Source: Lepidodermella squamata (Eukaryota; Animalia; Gastrotricha). Taken from it: a stretch of 64,000 nucleotides of DNA. Positions 12,781 through 23,944 of the stretch are shown here, one piece after another. A model generated the notes under the pieces. It was not told the DNA's origin, did no database searches, and saw only the letters and a list, made by a program, of their open reading frames with translations. The position numbers and the translations under genes are program-made. The stretch spans positions 744,001 through 808,000 of the forward strand of contig JBLDXI010000074.1 of the NCBI GenBank assembly GCA_047495785.1. The letters run 5' to 3'. The stretch's first letter is position 1. Each line of letters starts with the position of its first letter.

Positions 12781-13532
12781 TCATCTCAGGCACAGAACTT
12801 CGTAGTTATTAATTTGTATTTCAGTACCGTTGAAAGGCACGAAAAGGCCGCCGCGAGAAGAATCAACCTGAGTAACTATAAAAAAGAGCAAGATGGATCT
12901 ATCTGAGTTGAAAGTCGACTCACCTTTCCGCCGTAATAAAAGTTGCGAGGTTCGGTCGGAAGAGGTGCTCGGCCAATAAATAGAGTTAGGGGTGGAGCTG
13001 GGACTAACATCACAAAAAAACGCCGTTCCGAGCCGTTCCGAGTTCCAATAGGAGCTCTATTGCTCCTGAAAATTTACATCAATAAATTCTCTGGCAATTT
13101 TATTTATTGGTTTTTTCTGATTTTATACCTTTCGGAACTTTGCCATTCGATGCTTTAATCCATCTTAGTTTGCAGTTTCCGACGTTAACTAAGACTTCGT
13201 AGGTTTTTTCACACCTCGCCTGGAGAAGGCCTCCGACGTGGCAACAACCGTGGGACGGCACAACTCTGCCTGGGGTCACATCACCAAAACACAAAGCTCG
13301 GCCAACATACGTTATTTCGCCGTTAATTTTGCCAATTTCGACAGCTTTAACAGCCGGTACATGGCCTGAGCTGGCCTTGACCCAGATCGGTTCTGAGTTT
13401 TCGATTCTGTGGATAAAAATGGAAAGATTAAGGGAAAATAGCGTGCATTAGGCCATTACTCATGAGCTCGTTTTTGGACCACTTGTTTTTTCGTCACTCT
13501 GCTTGATGTGCTCCTCGTAACTCTCTTCGCCC
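12781..13532 (-). CDS. Second DM9-repeat gene, possibly disrupted; exons include 13406-13129, ~13065-12924 and 12867-12781
   Basis: WVKASSGHVPA..TYVGRA..TPGRVVPSHGCC..TYEVLV..WIKASNGKVPKG, then LFIGRA..YGGK|VDSSRGGLFVPFNG..NYEVLC. Intron positions match the first DM9 gene. Confidence 0.7.
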
Positions 13533-14242
13533 TAAAAAAGGAAATTGAAGAAGAAATACAGCTAATCAATTTAACCTACTCAAGTTCAAGTTCAAGTTTT
13601 CGTGCTCGGGTTATCATTTCCTGTGTTTTCCTGCTGAAAACAGCAGTTCTTTACTATTAAAAAGTTTGGCGGCTATTTTGCGATAAAAAACCGGACCAAG
13701 CCAGTTTATCTTTCGCCTTCTAATCACGATAAGGAGCATTCTATAATGTTGTTCATCTGAAGTCTGAAATAATGATTGTAAAGGCCATAGACAACACTGT
13801 AGCAGATAAGAAGTTAACGATCTTTCCACAGTGAATTTATTCGAGCTGATTTTGCAAGGATTTTGCAAAGAGTGCTGCACGCGACCACTTGTTATGCCAC
13901 CCCAAGTAGTTGAGCTAGTTTTAAGATAGAGGTCCTGCTCCTGACAAAGCCTGTAAACGCCATGGGCGCCAGAAGTAGGGATGAATCAGCACGGAATGGT
14001 TGGTAAAGTAAACAAATCAGATGATTTTCGATCGCTCATTATTCACAATCAAAAATGTCCAGCAGTTGCGGATAGCTGTTGAAACGATGAACACATTTGT
14101 TATTTTTATGAAATTTTGATGATTTTTTAAATCTCGAAAAAATGAAATTGACCGATGAATAAAACATTACAAGTGCCAGTATAAAACAGCGAAATTGAAG
14201 CCTGTTTCAATGGAAAAGATAACCCTGATCGAGCTTCGAGCT

Positions 14243-14530
14243 CTACATTTCGATGCTTTTGGAGCGAGCTTGGACATTTTTTTCTGATTTTCTGGAATTT
14301 TTTTATTCATTGGAAGATTAGTTTTTTAACTACTTTCGCCGAACTCTGATCCAGCTCTGGACTTGATTCAGCCACACCACTTGGCGCACGTGCTGTCAAC
14401 AAAGATTCTGGACTGAATCCAACGAGCAATCTTGATGTTTATAATGAAATGACCACGCATAATAATTAAAAAGTTACAGAAAATCCGGAAAAAATCGTCC
14501 AAGCCCGCACCAATTAAGCATCAAAATGTG
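14243..14530. repeat. Degenerate foldback (MITE-like) element
   Basis: ACATTTCGATGCTT..GAGCTTGGACATTTTTTTCTGATTTTCTG is imperfectly mirrored by CAGAAAATCCGGAAAAAATCGTCCAAGCCC..AAGCATCAAAATGT. Confidence 0.45.
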
Positions 14531-15150
14531 CCTACAGCCTGAAAATCGGAAAATCGAAATAAATCATTTATCGGGGAAAGTTTATATCGCCGGATAATGA
14601 AAATTCTCGACGTGGATAAACTAATTTTTTCAAATTTTTCAAAAACTTTCAAAGCTAATCGCGGCCGAAGAATGGTAGTTGTTGACGACAGTCTTTAACA
14701 GGGTATGTAGCTGGCTTTGACGCTGCATGCACAGTTTGGCAATGTGCCATCATTTTCGAGAGGAAGTCAATAGGTTTGTGCTGGCGGCAGTGAAGATTTA
14801 TCAAATAGCTGAATAAGAGGCTCGGTTCTCGATAGCCGAGGCGAGCTTACTGTAATCAATTTTAGCTGTAGGATGTAGGGATTTCAAAGGTGAGTCTGCG
14901 TATAGACATTGCCTGTAACAGGCTGTTTATCCGTGAACAAGCTGGTGATTGCGTCCGGGGCTGCTCCGGTGACTCTCTGAGAATCATCATCGCCAGGTAA
15001 ATACAGGTACTTTATTTGAATGATTTCACGTTACATAGGGTTATGTCACTCAATAAGGAAGCTCAATACTACAGCCAGACACCAGCGAAAAACACAATAT
15101 CTCGCAATAGAGGAAAAATCAGAGAATGTATTTCACAGCAGCCGAATGAC

Positions 15151-15457
15151 TCAGTTAACGAGAATACGATGGGCTCCTTTACGGGCTCCTTGCACCAAGA
15201 AGGGTTCCTCGCGGACCTTACGGGCTCCTTGCTCCATGTAGGGTTCCTCACGGACTCTTTTACGGGCTCCTTCGACCAAGAAGGGTTCCTCGCGGACCTT
15301 ACGGGCCGATCCGGATACATTTTCTTCTGCTGATACAGTCAGTAAAGCGGCGAAAGCCTGGTAAAATGATTGGATAATATCATAGCATAGCATAGCATAG
15401 AGTTACTTCAAATGAGGAACTCACCACTGCAAGAGTGAGAAGGGGGATCTGGTTCAT
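15151..15457 (-). CDS. Secreted peptide precursor, family member A (79 aa, three RxVR-EEP cassettes); exons 15457-15425 and 15357-15151
   Basis: MNQIPLLTLAV|AFAALLTVSA signal peptide across a GT-AG intron, then RKVREEPFLVEGA, RKRVREEPYMEQGA, RKVREEPFLVQGA. TATA box and Inr lie upstream. Confidence 0.8.
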
Positions 15458-15488
15458 ATTTGATCGAAAGTTTGAATCGAAAGTGCAG

Positions 15489-15710
15489 AACTGAAAACTT
15501 ACAGCTCAGCCTCTCGTTTATATAGGCGCTCCCAGGTTAACCTCTGGCAACTGTGTAAACCCGAGTTCACTGGGCGTTGTGTGGATTCGCTTTTTGAATA
15601 ACAACACGATGACAGAGGCAATGCAGCATGAGCGCAATTGTCTAAGTTTAATAGAAAATTGCTGAAATACATAATATAAGCAAAGTTAGCGGCTTGTTTG
15701 CATAAGAAGC
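15489..15710 (-). promoter_or_regulatory. Promoter of member A: TATATAAA (15524-15517), Inr TCAGTT (15494-15489) and an upstream TGCAAACAAGCC motif
   Basis: TATA lies about 30 bp from a canonical TCAGTT Inr. The block is conserved upstream of the paralogous genes. Confidence 0.7.
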
Positions 15711-16004
15711 AAATATTGAATTGCTCATTTTCCAGGTCAAGATTATTACTGAGAGAGCAGGAAACATGAAGATTCCAAATTGTTGTCATTTTTCTTGGAT
15801 TTGGAGATCTAGGGTTTGTAAATGGTTCCATGAATCGTCCAAGTCTTAGTCCTAAAGTCTTTGTCTAACTTCAAGCTCAACAAAGCGCCTAGATGAGATT
15901 TAACGAGACATTCATTTAACATAGAATGAATAAAGAAGAGAAAGCGGTGTCGCGAACGAAAATGGTAGGCTTTACGCTCACATGTGTTTCACTCGCAATA
16001 TAAT

Positions 16005-16280
16005 GCTCATGTTCGCAAAAATGCCGGCATAATTACGGCTACCGCTTTATGTTTGGCACTGGCTTCTGGCGATGATGGCCGTAGGTGCGGTTTTTTCTTT
16101 TCTTTTGCATCTTCATTTTAAGGAGGTTAATGTCTTTTTACGTGAGATCATATTGCCCTTACGTTCATTACGTATACAAATTACGAGCGTAAAACAATGA
16201 TTCATCGTTTTGATTCATCGCTTGGCTAGCAGCTGGGTCGATATAAGTTTGACGCTGGTTTGGAACAGCCCGAGCCCATA
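16005..16280. repeat. Duplicated non-coding block, paralogous to ~19472-19780
   Basis: Shared CATGTTCGCAAAAA..GGCTACCGCTTT..TTCTTTTGCATCTTCATTTT..ACAAATTACGAGCGTA..AGCAGCTGGGT. It lies upstream of members A and B, indicating a tandem duplication. Confidence 0.75.
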
Positions 16281-16744
16281 AACATAATATAGGTAAGCTC
16301 ACAGAATCTGATGCGCTAATTCCTTACCGCTACCGCGCCATCGCTGCTGAAAGTTGAAAAAGGGAAAATTGGAAAATTAAGACGGTGCCCTAAATTTGCA
16401 TAAAACTCACTTCTGAACCTAAAATGCATAATTGTCATAATATTATACTACTGTCTTTAGGGGATAATAAAAACGAGCTCAGTTTATCCGATTATCCGAA
16501 GAGTTTTGATTCAACCTTTTGAATCAGAAAGCTGTAACGTAATGCTTATGCAATACTTTATTTGAGTAATTTAACCATAATATATGGGGCTTGTATCATT
16601 CAAGAAGGGATAAAACAACGGTCACAAAACAACAAACGAGACAGTACCCTGCAACAGTATAAAGAATGGCTCCATAAATGAAATTTACCCATCCGCTTAC
16701 ACTAATTACACTTCACAGCCGATCTCCTTCTTGTCTTTACGAGC

Positions 16745-18286
16745 TCACTGCACCATGGAAGTTTCCTCGCGAACCCTACGGGCTCCCTGCACCAAGAAGG
16801 GCTCTTCTCGCACCCGACGGGCTCCCTGTTCCATGGAAGTTTCCTCGCGAACCCGACGAGCTCCCTGCACCAAGAACGGTTCCTCGCGAACCCGACGGGC
16901 TCCCTGCACCAAGAAGGGCTCTTCACGCACCCGACGGGCTCCCTGTTCCATGGAAGTTTCCTCGCGAACCCGACGAGCTCCCTGCACCAAGAACGGTTCC
17001 TCGCGAACCCGACGGGCTCCCTGCACCCAGATGGGCTCTTCTCGCACCCGACGGGCTGCCTGTTCCATGGAAGTTTCCTCGCGAACCCGACGAGCTCCCT
17101 GCACCAAGAACGGTTCCTCGCGAACCCGACGGGCTTCCTGCACCAAGAAGGGCTCTTCACGCACCCGACGGGCTCCCTGTTCCATGGAAGTTTCCTCGCG
17201 AACCCGACGGGCTCCCTGCACCAAGATGGGCTCTTCTCGCACCCGACGGGCTCCCTGCACCAAGAAGGGCTCTTCACGCACCCGACGGGCTGCCTGTTCC
17301 ATGGAAGTTTCCTCGCGAACCCGACGGGCTCCCTGCACCAAGAAGGGCTCTTCACGCACCCGACGGGCTCCCTGTTCCATGGAAGTTTCCTCGCGAACCC
17401 GACGAGCTCCCTGCACCAAGAACGGTTCCTCGCGAACCCGACGGGCTCCCTGCACCAAGAAGGGCTCTTCACGCACCCGACGGGCTGCCTGTTCCATGGA
17501 AGTTTCCTCGCGAACCCGACGAGCTCCCTGCACCAAGAACGGTTCCTCGCGAACCCGACGGGCTCCCTGCACCAAGAAGGGCTCTTCACGCACCCGACGG
17601 GCTGCCTGTTCCATGGAAGTTTCCTCGCGAACCCGACGGGCTCCCTGCACCAAGATGGGCTCTTCTCGCACCCGACGGGCTCCCTGCACCAAGAAGGGCT
17701 CTTCTCGCACCCGACGGGCTCCCTGTTCCATGGAAGTTTCCTCGCGAACCCGACGGGCTCCCTGCACCAAGAAGGGCTCTTCACGCACCCGACGGGCTGC
17801 CTGTTCCATGGAAGTTTCCTCGCGAACCCGACGGGCTCCCTGCACCCAGATGGGCTCTTCTCGCACCCGACGGGCTGCCTGTTCCATGGAAGTTTCCTCG
17901 CGAACCCGACGAGCTCCCTGCACCAAGAACGGTTCCTCGCGAACCCGACGGGCTTCCTGCACCAAGAAGGGCTCTTCACGCACCCGACGGGCTCCCTGTT
18001 CCATGGAAGTTTCCTCGCGAACCCGACGGGCTCCCTGCACCAAGATGGGCTCTTCTCGCACCCGACGGGCTCCCTGCACCAAGAAGGGCTCTTCACGCAC
18101 CCGACGGGCTGCCTGTTCCATGGAAGTTTCCTCGCGAACCCGACGAGCCGATTCGGATACAATTTCTTCTGCCGATACAGTCTGCAACGCGGCGGCAGCC
18201 TATTCAATGACAGAGAATCATAGTAGCGGAGCTAATTAAAACCGAAAACGCACCACAGCAAGAGTGAGAAGGAGGATTTGGTTCAT
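16745..18286 (-). CDS. Secreted multi-copy peptide precursor, family member B (495 aa, 36 RRVR cassettes); exons 18286-18254 and 18199-16745
   Basis: MNQILLLTLAV|AAAALQTVSA signal peptide and a 54-nt GT-AG intron. Repeats are RRVR plus EEPFLVQGA/EETSMEQGA-type cores. Variation in the RRVREEP segment is synonymous in this frame. Confidence 0.85.
16748..18145. repeat. Coding 39-bp tandem array (36 units, last one truncated) with higher-order duplication
   Basis: The unit is 13 codons. Units 1-8 are repeated as units 22-29. Confidence 0.95.
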
Positions 18287-18317
18287 ATTTGATGGAAAGT
18301 TTGAAGCGACAGTGCAG

Positions 18318-18550
18318 AATTGAAAATTTTACAGCTCAGCCGTCCGTTTTTATAGGCACTCCCAGGTTAATCTCCGCCAACTGTTTAAACCCGCGGTCTC
18401 TGGGCGCACCATGTGATTCGTGGTTAGCGATGCACTTTGTGAATAACATCACGATGGCGGAGGCGATGTCACATGATCGCAATTGTCTAAGTTCAATAGA
18501 AACTCGCTGAAATGTTATGAACAATTTAACGGCTTGTTTGCACAGGAAGC
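18318..18550 (-). promoter_or_regulatory. Promoter of member B (TATAAAA 18354-18348, TCAATT Inr-like element, TGCAAACAAGCC motif near 18531-18542)
   Basis: Colinear similarity with the member A and member C promoters. Confidence 0.65.
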
Positions 18551-20350
18551 CGATGACGGATACTTACTCAATTATCCGTTTTTGAAGTAAGGAGAGAGCA
18601 GGAAAATGACAATTCGAAATAAATGCTGGCTATTATCTCATGTGCCGAGAAAACAGGCCGAGAATACAAACTACGCCAATAAATAGATTCTGAGTACCAA
18701 CGACATTTATGCCCAGAAAAAGGAGTCAACAAGTTGAAGTGAATTCGAGTGATAAATTATATTGTGATTGGTAAAATTGGTCCTGGAGAGCAAAGAACAG
18801 TCAGTAATTGAACCACGGTTGAAGAAGTCGAGCTTTGAAAAACTGAAAATATATCATCAGAAGTGATAAAGCTGTCGGTAAATGGTCGGTACTTTCGGAA
18901 TTGAAATGATTCCCTGATTTGCACAGGCCCCCTCTTAACAAGTTATTGCGTATCGTGCATGCAGTCAGAGGAGACTTAATCAACGGGTCAATGTCACTAG
19001 TCACGAAAAATGTAATTTTCGTCATTACGGTCCGATCTCGCTATTATGATTCGGGCAAATTTGATGTCAAAAGATTCCCTGTGCTTCAATGGCATCCAAG
19101 TTACTTGAACAAAATGCACAGAAGCATGTCGAAAATTTGAAATGTTGGCTAATAATATGGCCAGAGTTGACTATTGAAGTCAGAGCATTTTGATCGATAT
19201 CGTTCGTCTTTTAATTTTCTTGGATCAATTTATTTAAGGAAATTACGTCAGCGTCGTTGACCAACTCGGATTAAGGCTTGTACGCTTCCGTTTCGGGGAG
19301 ACGGGTGCCAAGTAAGAAGCGGCGTTAGCGTAAATAAATAGGCAAAGCAAAAGACTTTAAACTTGTCACCGCTAACCATGAAGAATGAAATTCCGTCGTC
19401 ATACTTCTGCTGACTGACTTCGTCTTCCAACTGTGTGCTTCTGTAAAGGTGCTCGTCCGCTATACTGATTAATTCATGTTCGCAAAAACTCCCTGTCAAA
19501 CCCTTTTTTGGTTGTATACATTCTGTGGGAATTTCGGCTACCGCTTTGTGTCTGACACTGGCGATGGTTGCCGCGGGTGCCGTATTTTCATTTCTTTTGC
19601 ATCTTCATTTTTTTATGTGGTGGTGTCTTTCTACGTGCATCATAATATTACACTGACGCCCATTGCGTTTACAAATTACGAGCGTAGAACAATAATTCAT
19701 CGTTAGCTTTGTTTCTGTTTGTTTGAATAGCAGCTGGGTTGATATACGTTTGCCGCTAGTTTGAAAAGGCTAAAGCCTACTCAACTGGTCACGTAGCCAG
19801 CAGTGGGGGTGGCGATGGGCGCTCTACAGCTGTTAGCCTTCCACATTTGAACACAGAACTATCGATTGCTGGAAACTGATCGGAAATCTTCTAATAGTTG
19901 TAGGAATTTCTAAAGGGATATATGCGTTGAGTGGGAGTTGGGAGTTGACATATATAGGCTCGAGTTGAAATTTTTCGAGAAAATTGAAGATGGGTTCATT
20001 TTGGATAAATTGGTCTTAAATAGCCACATAGTATGCTAGTATCAAAAACCAAAAGATGCAATGGATCGCACGGCCGAATGTTTCACGCCGGAGATTAATT
20101 TCAATCAGGCTAATTTTAGGGCATTCACTCGAAAGCGAACGTCGCAAAATTTGATCACAATATAGTAAGAGCTTTGGCATCGAAATAGGCGGCGGGCGAA
20201 CCGAAAAATCAATCGCTCACCGGGGACATGAGAAGATATTGTTTTATTCAATCATTTTTGTGAAGTTTCAAGTATATATACTATTCAAATATATACTATA
20301 CTAGATATATTGGTTTATCTCATGCACAGAACTTCCCATTTATTAATTTG

Positions 20351-20480
20351 CCAAGTTCAAGTTCTTTTTCGTGCTCGGGTTGACATTTACTGGGTTTTTT
20401 CCAACTGAAAATTTTACACTTGCCGGATTAATAAAAAACCGGAACAAAACCATTATCTTTTGCCTTCTATTCGCGATAAC
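20351..20480. repeat. Diverged duplicate of 13579-13732 (upstream region of the second DM9 gene)
   Basis: CAAGTTCAAG..TTTTCGTGCTCGGGTT..TAAAAAACCGGA..TTATCTTT.GCCTTCTA..CGATAA occurs at both sites. Confidence 0.6.
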
Positions 20481-20951
20481 TAGGGATGCAAGAGTTGTCA
20501 TCGCAGGCAAGCACTACCCGATAATCCATATTGGTAATCATTGGCACACCTTTTTCAGATCAGAATTCTGCCTGGATAGCTGAAAATTCACCATGAGAAG
20601 TTGATCAAATATGCCAAGGTGAATGGATAGGGCAGTTATCGAGCAATTGAGATATTCTGAAAACGTAATCACCCAGCTTTTGTTGCATCATCTGTTCATC
20701 AGCCTTTGTTGTATCTTCTTCATTGCGTATTAGGACAAAGCAAGTCATTCACAGAAAGTCATACTGCCTATGTATCTTAAACATTTAAAAAGAGGAAAAA
20801 ATCATGGAAAATGCATAATACGGAAGAGATCCGGCTTTATACCTATTAAATCAACCAAGAAGCAGCTGGACAAACTTTATTCACTACAGAAATACACCAT
20901 ATACACATTATACACACAGTCTATGTATTTCACTCCATTCTGCCTAATGCA

Positions 20952-22740
20952 ATGCTTATTGAATGCGAAGATGACCCGAAGTTAGATGGAGGCAGTAGTA
21001 GAAAGAGAGATGTTAGCTTCTCAGTCGGCGACGAGTCTTTTCCCGATGACTCGACCGAGCCACCGAAGCGATGGCCTGCTCCCTTACTTGCAGTAGAGCG
21101 CCAAAAATCAAGCATCATGGATGGCAAATCGTTAAGATCGCGAGACGGCAATCAACCAACGACTAGGTAAGAGCTTGAGGTGGAACAGGAAAAGGATCAT
21201 TTCAAATTGAATGTTCACAGTGTTGCGAGGACGTTTGTCAATTTCATGAAAGGCAACATTGGAACAGGAATTTTGAACATGCCCTATGCGCTGCGAAATG
21301 CGGGCCTTCTGGTGAGTGAAAATTAATTCGCCTTAAAATTCCCTTAAGAAGAAAAAAAGCATGTTGTAAGCTATGTTTTTGAACACCCTAAACTTCGGTA
21401 TTAAAGAAATTGAAGTTAAGGGTTTGTATAACCCGAAAGTGTACATAACTTGTATTTCTGTTACCAGCTTGGGAGCATGGGGATAATCTTCATCGGCCTT
21501 TTATCGACATATTGCTGCCATTTACTGCTGCGAGCCTATCGACGAGTTTCCAATGACCGGGCAATGTCCTATGCCGAGGTTGCCGAGGCAACTTTTCTTC
21601 GGGCCGGAGCTTACAGCCGGATATTTCCCAAACTGGCAACTCCATTTAAATTGTTCCTCAATTTACTTACCGTTATTTCCCAACTGGGTTTCTGCAGCAA
21701 TTACGTCAAGTTCTGCGCAAGAATGATGAAAGACTTCTTAGAGGACCATTTGCAGTTTCAAAGCCATCAAGTCGTTGTTTATGAGACTATTGTTGCAGCC
21801 CTGTTAGTTCCTTACTGTTTCGTCACCACTCTGAAAACATTAGCAATTTTCACCTCAATCGCCAATTTCATGACGTTCTCAAGCCTCTTCATCATCATGC
21901 AGCAAGTGTTAACGGACGCTAACCCTGTAGATTCTGTGCCTTGGTTTCCGGATGACCTGGCGAAGATACCAATCTTCTTCGGAGCAACAATATTCACATT
22001 TGAATCAATCCCAATGATTTTGCCCATCGAAAATCGTATGACGGATCGATCGAAATTTCATGGTTGGAATGGATTACTATCGATTTCAATGTGCGTCGTA
22101 ATTGTGATGTACACGTTTGTCGGGTTTTTCGGATATTTGGCATACGGCCAAGAAGCTCGGATGTTGCTGTCCAACATGCCGCGAGATTCGAAATTGTTCA
22201 ATCTAGTCAAACTTATGTATGCCGGGTCGATTTTCATCTCTTACAATTTGCAGCTTTACGTAGCAGTCGAGATTCTTATGCCAGCCTTCTCGGGTCGAAA
22301 ATTCAAGTTACTGAATGGCATTTATGACGAGTATTTCCTACGATTTGTTTTAGTCTTCATCACCTGTGAGTCGTCGGGTCGATTATTCATCAAATGAGGT
22401 TACACTAAATTTTTCAGATTTTTGCGCAATTTATGTTCCGTGTCTCGAGTATATGATTAGTTTCGTCGGTGCTTTAGCTGCATCATGGCTGGTAAGGTTC
22501 ATCCGTGTTGAGGTTACCTAAGCCTGAAATTGTTCACTTTTACAGGCGCTGATACTACCTCCAATTATCGAATACGTCAGCCTTCTTCCAGCTCCAAACC
22601 GAAGCAGTGGATTCAACTTTGATTTTTTTCGATGTGGGACGATTTGCGTTTTCGGGCTTTGTGGAAGCTTTCTTGGAACTTGGATGGCTCTGAGAGCTAT
22701 CCTCGAAGCCATGGTAGACCCTGCAAAATGTGGTCGCTGA
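20952..22740 (+). CDS. SLC36/proton-coupled amino acid transporter-like (AAAP family); exons ~20952-21166, 21221-21311, 21469-22365, 22419-22491, 22546-22740
   Basis: NFMKGNIGTGILNMPYA..NAG, QLGFC..Y, FFGATIFTFE..PMILPIEN.M, GFFGYL.YG, SYNLQ.YV, ALILPPIIE. Confidence 0.9.
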
Positions 22741-23944
22741 CAAGTTTCAAGCTTCGGAATTCGGAATAATACGGTGGTGTGTAACAAGATCGGTGACAGA
22801 TGAAAGATATCAGTAAATTTATCAATTTAGAAATTGCGCTTCTATTAGGTCTATCGAGGTCTATAGATGAATTGAACTATCAGATTCCCAGGCATTCTTA
22901 TTTCCTATTTCCCAGGTAGTCAGATTGAACCAACAGCAAGGATAATTTGAAACTCTATAAATACCGATGCCTTCAGCAAAAATTTACCCTGCCGGAACAG
23001 CCCGACTCGGAAGTATTTGCGGTAATTATCGGCAATTGAGTTGTCATAAAACTCATATTTAAACTAGAAAATGTCTGCACGGTTGCGTCAACTATCATGT
23101 CGAGATTTTCTAGGCTTGCTGCTTCGATACGCGCGATAAAATATGGGCAATCTAAGCAGGTCGATATACGTTAATTTATACGCTTGATTAATCCTCAATT
23201 ATGCGCCTCACTAAATCCCTAAACATTGAATCCAATAGAGCACGGGTGGGTTTAGTAGATCGACGAGGGGTTGAATGTCTCCACAACATTAACCTCATTT
23301 TAATAAATTTCGTTCATGTTTCTTTACGATGCTTCGAGGCTAAGGGATCCGGTTAGTATCAATCTTAGCTCCTCCTCAGTACCCGCGACCCGGGATGTTG
23401 CAAGTGAGTCAGTGAGTGACAGCACTGCGATGTTTAGTAAAGCATGTCGCAGCTCAGTGTTCCGGCAAATCAACGACAGCTCACGTTTCCGATCAGTGCG
23501 CGCATCAAGAGATTACGCTGATCTGAACTAATTTTCCTTATGCATTATGCTATACAGCGGTCTTTGAAACTAGCACAAAAAAGATTTGCCCTGGATTCTG
23601 ACGCGCACAGTACACGCGCATAATATAAATCTGGCACAAATACGAGTGCTTTATTGAGCGATGCACATACGAGTAAATAGAACGCTGCAGTAATTGCATA
23701 CATGTCTCGTCAACACTAGGCTTAAAACCTTTGGCCTAGTCTTGGACTCCATACAAACACACGTGTGGGCAAAAAAGCTTTGACAAATTCTTTGACGTAG
23801 TATACGTTTTTTTCAACGGCCTTTTTTCAACGACTACGCATAAAACGAGGCGTTTATACGGAAGATTCCCGTGCACGAACCCTGGAGGCCCACTAGTGCT
23901 CTTATATAAGTGTGCATAAATTCCAGGATAACCCTAAAAACAAA

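Noticed and set aside
16748-18145. CRISPR-like appearance (constant plus variable segments)
   Set aside because: The variable parts are a few recurring types rather than unique spacers, there are no cas genes, and the context is a eukaryotic coding exon.
16678-18239. Three other ~500-aa ORFs over the 39-bp array (PWKFPREPDG, WCREPVG and SSRTRRAPC frames)
   Set aside because: They are shadow frames of a stop-free repeat whose unit length is a multiple of three. Only the RRVREE frame has a promoter, a spliced signal peptide, a paralog and synonymous variation.
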